Origin: Takakia lepidozioides
Taxonomy: Eukaryota; Plantae; Bryophyta
Assembly: GCA_030704615.1 (NCBI GenBank)
Contig: CM060731.1
Coordinates: 89,590,001-89,654,000, forward strand
DNA length: 64,000 nt
Direction: 5' to 3'
Shown: positions 22,845-38,050 of the stretch, piece by piece
How positions within the stretch are numbered: the stretch's first letter is position 1
Layout: each line of letters opens with the position of its first letter
Notes under the pieces: generated by a model
The model's input: the letters and a program-made list of their open reading frames with translations, nothing else
Database searches by the model: none
What the model was told of the DNA's origin: nothing
Made by a program: the position numbers and the translations under genes

Positions 22845-24052
22845 CTAGGCCCCACCTGCACCCTTTCCTTTCTTCTTCTGAATCTTTCTCTGGTAAAACT
22901 CAAGCTCCCTCCCCTCCAATATGTACCTGCCCAAGTCCCACACCAATACCCAGGTCAGCCAATCTCTTCAGTGATGCAGTTCATCTGCTTGCATGACGGC
23001 CTTGGTGTACAGACCTCTTGAAAAACCTTATGTTGGCATGAATTCAAATTGGTTGTGGCATTGTCAAACCGCAATACATACCCATCTGCACGGCCGCACT
23101 GTCCAGGCCGAGATGCGAGACAGGCAAACAACCTGCCACTGGCAAATTGGTCCTCCAGATGGGGATCCAGCTTCTGGCCCTCCTGCCTCTTGGAGACTTT
23201 GCGTTGGACATGGTTGCTCGCCTTTTTCTCCTCCTCCCCAGCCACACCCTCCTGTGCAATAGTGAACGCATGCCAAACCATATCCTGAGATCAGAAGGTG
23301 CAGGCACTCCTATACCAATGTAAAGATGACGCAACAACAGTCTTCGGGACCACCTTCTCCAGCTACTCTTTACGCTACTGCACACCAGTAAGTGGTGGGT
23401 ATCTCTACCCCCTTGACAAGACCCCCAAACGTTAGAACGCCTCGCTTGCAGAGGAAACGGAGAATATTTACCTCAGCACTTTCCTTCTTGGAAACAGCCA
23501 CCTTCTTCTTCTTGCCAATGTCAATATTGTAGTGCTGGTTGTACCATTGACGGAAGGGGGCAGCATCCACCTGGACGATGGCGTTCTTCACGAGCGTTTG
23601 AGTGCGCACAAGCTCATTGTTCGACGAATTGTAGACCACGTCCAATATACGAACCTTGCGAGTCACAGCCTCGGACCCCCATGAAAAGTTGCCCGTATCG
23701 AGACGAAGTGCCCGAAACTTGAAGTTACCTCCACGCACTCGAATGCCCCGCACTGTCTTGTTGCTCGACAGCTTGGTCATCGCTGGCTGCCTCCCGAGCT
23801 CGTACCTGTCCAGAACCACCAGCCCTTCCTCAGCCCCCATCACGAACATGCACCGAATTTGAACTCACCGATGCTAGGTCCATTCAGTTTCCATCACCAG
23901 CTGTTCTCTCACTTCAGATTGGAGTGCCCCTCAGTCTGATTGCTTCATACACTACAGCAAACAGCACACACTTACTTGCGCTTCTTGCGCCATGACTTCT
24001 TCTTGCCTCCAGTCGCCCGTCTCTTGTGGGTGGAGTCCCGCGAGATACCCAT
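22845..24052 (-). CDS. RPS8: 40S ribosomal protein S8 (eS8); exons 24052-23976, 23805-23472, 23251-23082, 22926-22845
   Basis: [82 protein letters not shown] introns preserve the frame. Confidence 0.98.
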
Positions 24053-25373
24053 CCTGCTGCTGCTGCGCTCCCAGCTCGCAGCGAGGCATGCAAAGAGGGT
24101 GGCTTGGGTGTAGGGTTCGTGGGTCTGTTCAGACAACCGACGTCCGTTGTCTGTTGTTCATACTACACGGCTGGGACGGACGGACGGACGGACGTGGTCG
24201 TCGCCCAATTTAAGCCTACAGTCCCCAAAAATAGACCCTCCTTCGGCATCACAATGTCACGGTACCTGTGGTTTTTCCACACAAAAGGTGATATCGATTC
24301 GAAGTATGCATGTTGTATCTGGTGGGCAAGCTTCCATACACAACCAAAGTGACAAGGATTTGGACAGAAAGTGCAGCTGTTCATCTGGCCTCATCTTGGT
24401 AGCATTTATGGCTTCGTATACACAAGAGGCCTACGCACTTCAACTCTCACATGCAGCGAGGAGGACCTCTTCAGCAGAAGTAAGCAACCAAAGAATATAT
24501 ACCAGAGTTACGATCCCACTTACGACTGTTCCCAATTTTTTGTTTCTTTTGTTCCCTCATTCAAAGAAAAGCAAATCGTCTTTGGGGGCACTCCGAATTT
24601 CTGCCAAGGGGGGGATAGATTCACTTGCTGTCGACACAACTTATCGGTGGGTGAGTCCGCTATAGCCCACCAAGGTGCTCCCTCTTCCACATGCGAGGCG
24701 AGAGATGGAAAGTTGTTAAAGCGTGAAAGAGTTGCAATACGGTCTGCTCTGTATATCATCGGACGTGAACCATGTTCTTTCTCTCCTTACCGCATATCTA
24801 CGTCCTTTCCCTTCGTCTTCTTGGGAAAGGATCCAGTACCGCACGTCTTTCAGAAGACCCACCATTTCAGCCTCAACCTCACCCCACTTCTTCTTCAAAG
24901 CTTCAAGTGGTCGTACATTCTTCTCTCTGTAGAGACATATCTGTGCATTGCCGGCCCCCAGCTCTCTAAAGTATAATGTTTTTACGTGTATTTTTCATTC
25001 AATCAAAATCATGAGTTGAGAGTGATGAGCATGCATGAGGGGGAAAATGTGAAGAGATTGGCAAGGAATGTGCTTGCAGGTCGAACTTGGGAAACAATGG
25101 AGCGTTCTTTACTCCTTTTTCAGGCAAGCATCATCTCACCTGTGTCGCCAGAGCCAGATGACTTTGCCTTTCCATTCAGTTGCCACTGAGGCGTTTTCTC
25201 TTGAGACTAGCCTTCAGTGTCACATCAATGAATATCTACAGTGGAACAAAGAGGAAACTCTTCAAGATTACCGTCTTTGAGTGCAACCGAATGCACTGAG
25301 GATGTTAGACTGCTGTTACCTTTAGTATACATAATCAATTTGTACGAGTTCCTGGCTCATTTCTATGTGAAAA

Positions 25374-28300
25374 TCAATGCACTATGTAAACAAGATCGCC
25401 TGCTACCAGGACGTCAGTGGGAACAGGGTTAGTGTAGACATAAGAGACAATGGAGCCATTAGTACCCACGGGCCGATAGAGGCCTAAAGCCAATGCATTG
25501 TCATTGTGTAGCATACCCACGAACAGCTCTTTAAATGTCCGGCCCACATAATACTTGGGTACTGCCAATTGATCAAGCTTTCGCACCACTATCGGTTTAC
25601 TGAATTCATCTGCCTCCGGAATAGTGCCTCCCCAGATCAACTGATCCACTATGGTCACTGTCTGACGGTTGTAGAAAGTTGAATACCTGCAAAAAAAAGA
25701 AAAACAAGGGTGTTGTGAATGGAAAGATTTTATTGTAACATTGAAATGAACTAGTCCAAAGCAACAACCAAAACCACTCACATTAGGACTCCAAGAGCTG
25801 CAGGACAAAATCCTTTCCCCTCGATGTAAGCAGCTGCAAACTGGAAGGTGGCTGCCCGGTGGCGGCGGTACATCTCATTGTCAAAAAGGCGCCGATCAAA
25901 TGTCCATGTGGGCTGCAAGTACGGAATTTCTGTCTCTTCCCGCAATTCTACTGAAACACGGCCCCTTGATGGACGCAGCAGCCGCTCCACCTGGCATGTC
26001 AGACCAAGTCCATGGATTCACTAAAGCAGAAGATGGTCAGAGTTAATCACAAGCCCACCTAGTTTCAAAGCACTTCCATCATACTGCACACTTTAACACA
26101 TCTTAGGTCCTACCTGCTGTTATGCTACGGATGCAATGACAAGAATGATCTGTGAGGATGACAACAGTAATTTAAAACTTCAAAAAATTGTCCCAACAAA
26201 GATGGAGAGTACTTGAGATAGAGCCACGTGTGTTGGTAGCACAAAACGTTGGCAATCTGCGTTTTTGAACTGACTTGTAGATGCTGACATTGCTTCTGTG
26301 AGTGACAACAGCTCCCCAGACTTTTTGACTATCTAAGTGGGATATACAAGTACCAAAACCTTTGCAGAATGTGACAGACCAGATTTCACAAACAGCAACC
26401 GTGCACTCTCTCGAGACAATCAGAAGGAATTTTCTCAGTTTCAACCTGCAGTCTATTGCATGTCTGTAACAAAGTTGAGTAAAAAGGCATAGCTACCGTT
26501 GCCGCGATAAGCACATTGTTCACGTCGAGTGTAAATAATTTCAATGAAGGTGTTAGGTGGTCATCATCACTCGCAATCTCCAGCACTGGTTGCTCTATCT
26601 CGAAGCCCTGGGTCAATATCACCACCTTCTCTGCTACAACATACACATTCCACTGAGGATGTAACTGCGAGGAAAAACAGGCGACTCAGCATCCTGCCTA
26701 GCCCAAGAATGGAAGTTGAGGAGTACCTGAGAACTGCTACACTGGACAAGCAAATTGTGTTGGTAACTTCTACGAGAGAAATCGTTCAGTACAGGGCCTA
26801 CTGTTCATACACCCATCAGCTACATAGAAGACATGATTCAATTAGAGCTTAACCGGTTGCGTCAAAACCTGCTCAAAATTTTGGGGTGAAGTATCGTGAA
26901 GAGTTCCCCCTTGCCAGCACAGAACAAAGTTGATCAATTAAAAAACTTCAAGGGACATAGATGTCTGTTTAAGGGTAAAAGAGAATAACAGATTCCTGTG
27001 GAATGAGGACGCACCTGCTTGCAGTACCCCGGCCCGCACCAAATCTAGCTCATAGATAGGACACCCTTTTACAAAATAAACGTCCTCGTAAAAGCCAACG
27101 CAGCCCCAATCAGGAGCACTGGGCTCTTTCGGGTGCAGAATTACGATTGCTGGGTTGGGCATGACAGGAGTTCGCAGAAGTGACACAAAGTAGAACAGAC
27201 TAGTGGGCCATTGGCCCTGTATACACAGCAGTACATGGGGCACCTGGAGCTTGACTACATTCAAAGTTCGTTCCTTCAGGTTTTCCTGAATTTCCTTTGC
27301 TCGTCTTTCCAGGATTGGGGGATCGGGTTTGCTGAACTTCTGAAGAGGAGGCCAGCTCATAGTCATGTTGATGGCCTCCTCTAATGAGACTACGCCTTTG
27401 ATCGCTAACCGGGGTGTATCTGAACTCTTCCTAGAACTTTCACTATCGTCTTCACCGGTAGAAGAGGTCGATATAAAATGCTGAAGGTGGTGCGTTGGCA
27501 CATTGCTTCCCCCTACAGGTTTCCCCACTGACCCAGTTAAGGACTCCCTGAACTGTGTCAGTTCGAGGTCAGAGCTTGTCATCGAAATTTTGTGGTCCAT
27601 AATATTGGTAGTCAATCCATCTTGTTTGGAAGCTGTTGGTTCACTCCTTTTGACTTGTTGCAACAGATTGTCTTCCTCTGACAGTTTTTGAAAGATTTTT
27701 TGGCGAAGACAAGGGACAAAGTGCCAACCACACCATGGGTGTAGGCTATCTTTCCCAAATTTTGACACCTGTTCAGCAGTCGGCAGGTCCTTCGCAATGG
27801 CCAAACCAACATCTGTGCCTTGTATAGCACGTCCTCTTGGATAGAGAAGCACTTCCCGCAGATTTTCTTGGTCATCAATTGAAACATCAAGACCAAACAG
27901 AATGACACTGTATCTGAGGTACACCAGTTCTGCAGCCTGTAGGAACTGTCCCATTCAGATTACCACCATACTAATCTTTTTCATTGGCTCCTTTCATCTG
28001 CTTTTGTTGAAACTTGGACTACACGATTACCCAGAGTTCTGTGCTTGTCTCAACAGCACAGGTAGCTGGAAGTTCCGAAGGTTTAAAAGTACCAGGGGGC
28101 TTAAGGAACTGAACATGTTTAGAATTCACAGATATCAGTATGGTCATTCATGAGCAACAGAGACTTAGACTGGATTTTGGGAACATATTATTCAGGCCCT
28201 ATCCTAAACTGATTTCCATCACCAACCTCTTAGTCCTGGAAGATACAAAAGCTGCAATTATATTTCGAACAGCCCAGGGCACCAGACAGTAGTAGACGGT

Positions 28301-31300
28301 TGACCAAGATTTCCATAGCAAGTTTTATGTTGGTGAAAGTAATCATCACACCTGCTTATGGCCAAGGGCATGACTCACCTGCTCAAAGAGTAAGCCCTCC
28401 CTATGAAAGCAGGCAGGTAAGATTACGGGGAAGACTTCTTGATGAAGACCATGCACGTATTGCATAATCCAATGCCCTGGTATGGGTTTCGAGAGTGTTA
28501 ATCCTGACCGAAATAGATTGATCACAAAAGTTGTCAATCCTTTGATGTGGCAGCTGCACAACATATAAGGTGTTGTTTGGTTAAGTGATTGCCAATACTT
28601 GGCGCGGAAAATTCTCATGATCTGTCAGCCTCTCTGCCCAATGGCAGAATAAACGCTTGTTTCCTTTCTGAGCTGTGAGATGGAGCAAGATCTCAAATGT
28701 TTAATTTATCTTTTGACAAAGCTGACAATGAGAGGAGACGGTCAGAACCTGCGTGCAAGAAGCTTGAAGCGGATAACATCGAGGCAGATGATCTCAATAC
28801 CACTCTCAGTTTCATCCCAGATTGCGCTTGCCTGCTTTTCAGGCTTCAGTAACTCCACGATGACTCGCACCTGTGGTCCACAATGGCGGTGCACTGAAAG
28901 TGTCCTCACAATTTGCGCCGCATCCTCAGCATCTGGATCCTGTGCTCTGCATTGATTGTCATTGTCCAAGAATACTAGCTCATATGTATGGATGATTGGA
29001 TCCCCACCAACAAACACCTTAATCTTAATCCAAGAACATCTCATGATTGTAAGGGCCCAGGTCTTGTTTGTGGGTACCATTTCTTGTCCTGGTAAATTTC
29101 TTTAATGAATGTCATTGCAGCTCCTTAGGGCAGTGCCTTGATTCTTTCTATATGTTTGTGTCCTCTTGTCTGTTGCCTCTTAATTAATGTTCAAGTTGGC
29201 AATATTTCATTCACTAGTACCGGGGCTGGCTCTAACTGGTCATTCCTCACCTCAAACTGTGCACCCCAATCACTGCTGGTGGTCATGGGTGGCAAGTTCT
29301 CTCCCGTTTCTCCCACTTGAGCATCTGTGGACTTGCATCTGTGGACTTGCCCACATGATTTACAGAATGCAAGTAGATCATAAGAACAGCCCATGGTTTC
29401 TTTGATCTTTGTCTGTGCGACTACTCCACGAACTTTCTTATTATTGTTCTGCTGAGAGCTAGAACCGGTCCAAAGTTTCAGACAACTCATCCTTCTCTGA
29501 GACTGGCAAGAGCTGTAAGCCCCATGGGTAACTCTTTCAATCCAAAAAGTGATTCTAACCCTTTAATAAAAAAATCTGAGCTCTAATAAATGTAGCATTG
29601 AGGTCACAGAAGCACATGAGACATGACAGATTATTCTATATTACCTTGGCTTGCCGATCGGCCAGTAAATAAAATGCAGAGGCGATCCTTGCACACACTC
29701 GGTCCAGGTCTGAATCTTTCACTGGTGTGCCCTGTATAAACTCAACCCGATCTTTGTAGTGTATTAACAGTGTCTTAAGCTCAAACCTGGCAAGACCAAA
29801 ACAAGCAATGTGTTATCCCACTTGATCCCACTGTTTTGTGGTACAGTGTTTCTTTCTGTATCTGCAAAGTATACAACGGAGATGCAAGGGCTAGCTAAGC
29901 CAACATGTGTCAGCAGACTTCACTCAGTTACCTCAAGTTCAGGCATGCTGGCTGGAAACGAAAGACAAACTAGTGACCGCAGTGGAAACTGAATTCATGG
30001 TTCAAATCTTGCTGAGTTTACAGACACTAGAATAATCATGGCAGAGGTTAATAAGAGAAGTGAAATGAAATGATACTTTATAATTTCCACGAGAAGCATA
30101 AAGAGCTTATGGGACAAGGAGGAAGAAAGAAACAAGAAGAGAGAGGGGCCACAAACAGCCCAAAAGCAAAGGAGTGAGCACGCACGAGGGCTTAAATGGA
30201 GCCAAAATCACCACCCGCAGAGGGTACGCAGGCATGTCTGCATCCATAATCACAGCTGCTTAGAGTCCTCCCCATTTTGAAAGGAACATACTTCCAGTAG
30301 GATTATTCTAAAGCTGATGAAAGCTCATAGGTAGAACAGCCATAGAAACATTCTTAAAATGGAACTCAATGACAAGGTGATTCCCCTCCAGCATGTCACT
30401 CCCACCTTCTAGTGATTGCTGAATCTCATGAAGTTGTTTCAGGTAGTGTCCTTTTAAAAATGCACTCCCTCTCTCCTAAGCCCTGGTAGACTACATCAGA
30501 CACACCTTTAATATGACTGGGATGGTAGAATTCTGCCAGGAAGTCTTGCACAGTGCGATATGATAAGTTGCCACTCACAATAACGAATCGTGAACCCACC
30601 ACCTTCCTCAGTGTCAACCTCCCTCCATAAGGTCTGCTTGTGAGGATTATCATCCATCCATCCACTACAACTGTGACCAACATGTATTTACTAAATCTGA
30701 ATAGAGTTGGAGAAATGTTGCCCTGGAACTATATGGCAAGTTGTGGCATTCAAACAATTTCACACAATGAAAGGTGCAGCAGTATGGTCAGCTTCAACAC
30801 TGAAACAGAAAAAAGCAGAAAGGAAACCACATTGAACATTCTAGAAAGTACAAGAACAAAGTGGAGTTGAGTACCCATGCGACACATAACAATACTGTCA
30901 GTCAAGAAGAGGTTATGTGGGGTAAAACTGCCAGACTGCTCTGCCCTCGTTGATGAGAACAATGAATTCTTGGTCCACATCAAGTGGGATCCCTCTCCAT
31001 TTCAGCAACTACATCTTGCAGTAGGCAGAAAGCACTGGTTTTTGTTTTTTTCATGTACTATGTACAGTTAAAGATTTCACATTGGTTGCATGGATACATT
31101 CAAAACATTGCACCCCATTCCATAAGACCAGCCTTCAGCCATAACCACAGGATTTTTCCAGTATTTGACAAATGTGTAGAACAGCAACTCGTAGGGATAA
31201 CAATTGTCTGTATAAGACTGGAATTGCCTTCCCTTGCAGGGGGCATACCTGGACCAGTTTTATACTTGAAGAACTTCAGCAGTTTAGCAGACACCAACTA

Positions 31301-34300
31301 ATCAAAACCACTATAATTTCTTCTAAAAGGCACTCTTTGAATACCCAGCTGGTACAGATATAGATGGATAGATGCATGTACCTGCGGGAGGCAAGCTGCA
31401 AGATGTGGTTTATTTGGGCAGGTAAAATCACCAGTGCTCCGATGATGGTACACATAGCTACAAACCTTCCCCACTGGGAGCTGGGTGTGATATCCCCATA
31501 GCCAACAGTAGATATCTGTGACAGCAGCAAAGTGCCATCAACGAATGCTAGACCAAATTGTAGAAGGTCACCAATGAAGAACATTAAATGATATAGCTTT
31601 GTTGAAAACCATATGTAGTACCTAGAGCAATGGAGAAACCCAAACTTCACCAAAACAAGAGGACGCCCCACAAAGTTTTGGATCTGCTAGACTAACTTGG
31701 GGGGTTGGAAAGACGACCCACCGTAACAATCATGAAGTAAAAGGCATCATAAAAAGTCCAGCAACCCCAAGGGGGACACCGCTTGTCTTTTTTGACACTA
31801 GGTGGAGTTGCCCTGTTGTCCACCCACTGTAAGATGCCAGCCGCTATGAACACTGCACAACACTAGACGCTTCAAGGTTACTATCAATTATCAAGCTATT
31901 TGTAGTTTGCCTTTATCTACCCTTCATGCAAAAAAATCTATATTCCCTTGATAAAACAGATGGTATCTACAAAATTGCATTGCACTCTTTTTTCTTATAA
32001 TCAAGTTGACTTGGACCGAATTTCTGACTTCAAAAAAAGTAGAGTATGCAAGAGATTACCACAGTCTAAGACCAAAAACGATGAATTGCTAGGCTTGTTA
32101 TATGTGAGCACGCACGCATATCCAGCCCAGGACTAAGATTCATACCCACTCCAAACGTGTACATAGCAAGAATAAAAATCTGTTCTTTGATGGCAGACCC
32201 CGTAAGCCCCGCCACTGAGGTAATTAAGGGCGCAACTCTACGTCAAAAGCATTCCAACAAACTGGTCAGCAACTCGATTTCATTCATTAAAGTACAAATT
32301 GTCATAGAGATAAATGTGAAAAGTCTCTGAAGCCAACTCTCGAATCTCAATGGGCTTGCTCACATGGGCCTGACAACACCTATTTAAACCAATAATGTTG
32401 AGAAAGCAAAGGTTTGAATAATTTCTCTACACACAAGTTAGTTAGCAACGATCTTTGTAGATCAGATCCGAAAGGCCTCTTCAAAACATCACTTCAGAAG
32501 TCACCAAAACAACGTAGATATCACCTTAAAACACGAAAGAAGAGCAGTATAGCAGCGCCATTGTCCTTCCGGGAGCTGTGTACACATTCCAAATGCAAAA
32601 CATCATAACTCAATTACTCTTCTGTTAGCATTCAACGTTCCAGGGCTGTCCCCTGCTGCAAACACTCTCGACTTGCAAATGAGATGAAACCACCAAACAG
32701 CACTAGTCACATTTGTGGATTAATAAAATTAATTGATCTGTAGAGGTGGTGGGTGTGGTGGTGCACCTCCAGTATACGATAATAGGAAGAGTGCTGATGA
32801 GATCGACTATGCCAGTGCCTGACAAGATATAGTAAAGGCGAACAGGCGCACTGCGGAACAAACGTAAAAAGTCGCAATGAATATAATAATCTGAACTAGG
32901 TGTTATACACTCCCGGGCTTACTTTTTGGCAATTGCATAGAGGGAAGGTGCTAATGTGGCAATGTTCTACCTTTAGTCTTTTACAACCATTCCAGCGAGA
33001 TAACTACTGCAGGAAGCGAAACTGGTCCAAATATTACCCTACGCCAAACTTTCAAGTGGTAAGTTGAGGCAATTATATAAGGCCCCTTTCAAAATCACCT
33101 TATTACTGCTCTCTGTTCTCGGCATATCGCAAAACATATCGCAGCGCTTAAGTTACCTTACAGTCAAGATGGAACTAGGGTCACAAAGCGGCCCGATACC
33201 TGTAGAGCTTAAGGAGATAATCCACCACAAAGAATAGCCCACATGATAGTTCCACGATCCTGATCCAGTCCTCTGTTACATCATGTGTGTATCTGCTGGC
33301 AACAAACTTAGCTAGTTACTATATGTACATAGATCTATCTATAGTGAGATTTTACAGCATTCTGAAAACTGTGAACAGGGGCAACCCTGCCATATCGGAA
33401 TTGCTGTAAGACAAGTTTGTTCACGCCAAAAAGAAGCTGGTAGTTGAAATATGAGTCACTCGGACTAGGAAATAGAGGGACTTCATGCTGAAGCTGCTGA
33501 CAAGAGGCACGCTAGGACCGTTCCAGCTGGATCTGAACCTGTATTTAGGTGACAAACGCATACACATACTTTAGAAGTGAAACTTCAGTCATGTTACAAC
33601 AGACACTTACGTTGATTGTACATAGAGAAGTACTGATGTCATCGCCGCCAGAAACTCCAGCTGCAAGCTGACAGGGAATCTGTTACCACGATAACTTGAC
33701 AACGGATATTTCGAGCTCGAAAATGAAAATTCTTGATGCTCTATAGAAGGGCTTTCAAGAACAAGTAAACACAGCAAATCTGCGCATGTAACGCTCTACT
33801 TCACCCGCCATAGGAAACCACTTCATGCCTTGTACAACTGCACCTGGACAGCCAGGTCTCCATAACTAGTGATCAATGCTGAAACGAATCACCTGCTTTG
33901 ACAGATAAAAATTTATCCTTTACTGCAAGGAATTACGACATCTACAAATATAGACTAATTTGATTGCTCCGTAGGACGAAATAAAACGTACAAAACATGT
34001 ATATAGAGAGAGCATTAGGAGGTAAGAAGAAAGCCATATAGTCCATGGATGTCCAGAGATCCAAGTAGGCCTCACCCAGTGTAGTAAGGAACTCAGCGGT
34101 CCTTCACGAATGGCGACTCGCACTTTGGTTGTGAACGGTACTTTCCCATACAAAAATGAGTCGTGATACGTTGAAAGAACATCCTACATTCAACTCTAGC
34201 AAAAACAACCTTTGAGTCATATGTCTACTTGATAAAGTCATGCTTGTCCAGACACCCCAGTGACATTGGATGCTGATTTCCAGCTATCACCATAGGATTC

Positions 34301-36396
34301 AGTGATAGGAGTTCCTTGAAAAGTTCTTATTCAGAACAGAGTTGATCGCCAACTCCGGAGAAAGTAAAATTTATACAGGAGACAATCAGAGAATTTCCAT
34401 TCCTGAGAAGCTCGGACATGAGTCGTACATGCGCTAGAATATATAAGGTCCTGCAGCTACTCTCCGAGTACATCGCAAATCTTAGCTGGTACCCTATTTG
34501 TATTTACACAATCTCGAGGTCAAATCGTTTTGGGCGAACTCGTACTGATCCAAGTTTAATCCAGCCCTTCCTCGAGAACTCATTGATCAACAGTCAGTCT
34601 ACAGTGAGTAAATTATCAAATGGAGCCCGACCGGTTACCTGGTGAGCATTGACCTGCTTGTCCATGCCTTGTTTCATAAGCCACAGAAAGCCATCGATAA
34701 TCTTGTCCTCAAGTGAACCCGTACGTCTGCCCAACGCGAAGCGCTGCGATAACATCTTCCTCTCGGCCGGTACAGATTTTTCTTGGAAAGTCTCTTCTCT
34801 TTCATGGCGTGCCTCACCCTCATCATCCACCATGGGTGTGCACTCCCCACTAGGTGAAATGAGCAACCTACGCTTTAAAGAATCAGTATCAATTGATGAA
34901 AAAAGTGTAAGAAGGGAGGAATGCTAGTATAAAGGAAACTAGATATACACTGGAGAGGAGCCCCTGAGCCTTCCCCATCTGGAGATTGCGGCCTGTTCGA
35001 AATGTGTATATATGGCCATGTCGAGTGTGAACAATATAATATAGACCTGTCGGCCTATGTAGATGCGATTAAAAAGGTGTAGAAGATAAAACCGAATTGG
35101 AATTGAGTTCGATGATCAGAAACCAACCTCCGTGAGCATGTACGCGCCCGGTTAAACGCCTGGGGGTGGGCAACATCCTCGCGCATTTCATCTAGTGCAG
35201 GAACCGTAACCTCCATGGGGTCCACCTCATCTAGTTGCTTCAAGCTCTCTACGCGGCTGCATTCAGCAAATTATGCGAACAGCAAGTCAAGGGTACAATC
35301 TGTAGCTTGGACAGGAGGCCTTGAAAACGTTCATGACATGCGGACAGTATACATGTGGCTTTATTTACGGGAATGCTTTGAACACGCCGCTTCCTTCAGA
35401 ATCCAGAATCCAGTCTGATCTATGCTTCATGTCTAGATGTCAAGGTTGTCATATTAATTACATCTCCTACAGCTGGCGCTCTATTTCGACGTCAAACCAG
35501 GTAACAATTGAGCATTTTCGATATGTACGTACACATGTTTCTGGGCATCTACTTTGTTTAGAGGTGCATGGCAAGCTTGCATACTAATTTTTAGCTGGCC
35601 TGTCGTGGTCCTCGGGAGTTCACCTATCGCAATTCCACTATCTGTGTCATTTCGGTACGAGTACTACGGACTGCTCACGGACTGACGATTGTTACAAATT
35701 ACATTACAGAGGGCTATGATTTAACAAAGTGACAGTTTGAGCCGGATGCAGAGCTTGCAAATTAAATAAAGCAGACGTACGTTCTAGATAACGAATTTTC
35801 CAGGTCTGGCTTCTTCCACTGCTGAGCCTCTGGGTGGGTCACACACCTCAGAAATGAGCGCGAGAAAGGGGATGGGAAAGGAGGAAAGGAACATATATGT
35901 ATTCGCATGTGAAAGAGAATCTTGAGCCAAGAATTTTGGGGGGCAAGAGCAGTGTAGCAATCATCAACGATATCTGTTCAGACTAAAAGACCAGAACTGG
36001 ACCAGAACTACGACGGACTTAGCATGAGGAGCTCGAATAGTTATAATCAATGTTTAAATTCATCAACTTTATAGACATAGCCGTAAGGCAATATTTAAAC
36101 TTCCGCCAACGTGATTTGGAAACCGGTCGGCTTTCATGATCCAGGTCAGACTCCTAGAAAACCAGCTGGACATCAAGAAGAACAAATCGGAAAAGCACAG
36201 ACTTGAATCGTCACACATGTGTAGGAAACTCATGCAACGTAATTTAAAGAATCCTTGACGCGGGAAGAGGGGGAGATAGAGACCTTATGGTTCGACGTTT
36301 TCGAAACTTCTGTAATTTTCCACTGACGTCGATCACTGGTGGTGCCATGGCGATTGTTACCTCACGCTGCAGCTTTGGTGAATGAGGTCGTCTCAT
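25374..36396 (-). CDS. BK/Slo-family (calcium-activated-type) potassium channel, multi-exon; start uncertain
   Basis: Pore YDAFYFMIVT-ISTVGYGDITP, S6 GRFVAMCTIIGAL. RCK-domain exons FVIVSGNLSYRTVQDFLAEFYHPSH, EFIQGTPVKDSDLDRV, DPDAEDAAQIVRTLSV, FKLLARSCHIKGLTTFVINL, YFVKGCPIYELDLVRAGV. C-terminus YVYTNPVPTDVLVAGDLVYIVH*. Confidence 0.9.
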
Positions 36397-37443
36397 GAAG
36401 ACCGCGCGGTGCACAATTTTTGAAGCGTGCACATCAGCTGTAACTTCATCAGATGTCGTCAAATAATTATAAGTACTCTTATATCAGCGGTCGTGTTTTA
36501 AAGTGTAACTTGACTCACTGGTTACAACCAGACAACACTTCCGAAGAACAATCCCTGGCCAGCTTGAATCCTGGTTTCCTAGTTTCACTTGTAGGAACAT
36601 ATTAGTGTATACAACAATCTAATTATTCTAATCTCCAGATTGAAACACAGTTTGATGCTCCCTGAGTGCACCAAAAAGATGCAAAACAGATGCATACATG
36701 TATGTATTTTCAAGAGTGGGGGACTTCCCAAAACCATCCCGAGGTTGAGCGGGGTCTAAACTACTGCAGCTCGCTATTTGATCTCTACTGCATCCCAGGC
36801 GATCCCCCTATCATGACTTCAGCGAAAAGAAAACACCTTTATTAACCAGGAAATTTCTCGAGGGCTGTGCAAAGCAGACTGGCCGATTAAAGACGTCTCA
36901 AACACAATGTAACACCGCGGTTCCCACAAGCGAGGTATATTACAACCGCGACTTTCATACTCCCAGGTGTGCATCCATGAATTGCAAGTCTCAAGAGAGT
37001 CTAAATCTACGACTCAGTCGGGCGCTAACCTCAAATCCGTGCTACGCTTTGGTTCATCCAGCGCAGCGTGGAGAGCCAGCAGGCAGGCAGCCCGCTGCGG
37101 TGACGAGGACAGCCACTTGAGAGCGCCGCCTTCCGTTGTAATCTGCCTCCATCACCTCTCGGAACTGCTCTGCTACGCTGTCACCTTCGTACGTACGTAC
37201 GTTCGTATTTGGTAGGTGCTGCTTACCTACCTAGGTTGTTGCGCGAATCGGGCGCGACGTAATTTTTCATTCATCCGAGGTGTCTCCTCAGATGGATGCT
37301 GTACTGTGGGGTGAACGACTGCAAAACATTCATTCTTCATGTAGACTAGGGTAACCTGTGCCGGTGGCCCAAGTGTCGAGGGTCATGTAAGCCCAAGTGC
37401 AATCTCCTATGAGATGTTGGCCCAAGTGTCCAATGTCATCTAA

Positions 37444-37800
37444 GGGCCGCTTTACGCTACCGCCCAAGCCCAAGAAATCGTTGGCCCGATTTCTACCACT
37501 CTTGGGCTGGTCTTGGGCCAACTTCAACGATCATGATCGCACAAAAATAGTCTATTTTAATACCAAACTTCTTGGGCCAAAGAGCTTAGAGTTGGGTCGC
37601 CATTCTAGGACGGTTCCTTTTTCTTGGTCCGGCCCAAGAAGTTGGCGCCAAAACTTGTGCCATGTAGGCAAATCACCCACTTCCATTTCCTTGGGCTCGG
37701 CCCGTAGCGTAAAGCCGTTGGGCCCAATTTAACGGCCTCCGCCAATTGGAATGCTCCATTCTCACTTGGTCTTGGGCTTGGCCCTAGTGTAAAGCGGCCC
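37444..37800. mobile_element. PIF/Harbinger (Tourist-like) MITE
   Basis: TIRs GGGCCGCTTTAC / GTAAAGCGGCCC, TSD TAA at 37441-37443 and 37801-37803, internal GCCCAA repeats. Confidence 0.9.
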
Positions 37801-37884
37801 TAAGTCATCCAAGTCTAATCATATTTTTCCACGGAATCTATGATCTGAGACCTTGATATCTCTCCTGTCGAGGCTCTAATCATT

Positions 37885-38050
37885 GTGTCCACTTTCCAGC
37901 GACCAAAAGTACTTGAAATTCGACATCTCCCACAGTGCAGGTCCAAAAATCATCAGACCAAGCCCGTGCACCCCTCCTCCTCGAGGGCTTTCCAATGGTA
38001 CCAAGCACCAGGGCTGGGGCCTCGCGGTTGGGGACATCGAAACAAACAAA
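37885..38050. repeat. Dispersed repeat fragment (related inverted copy at ~21270-21345)
   Basis: TTCCAGCGACCAAAAGTACTTGAAATTC..GTCCAAAAAT matches the reverse complement of ATTTTTGGAC..GAATTTCAAGTATTTTTGTCACTGGAA. Confidence 0.55.

Noticed and set aside
24147-24976. Overlapping 172-aa and 201-aa ORFs between RPS8 and the channel gene
   Set aside because: Non-ATG starts, no motifs, and they overlap the likely promoter/UTR space.
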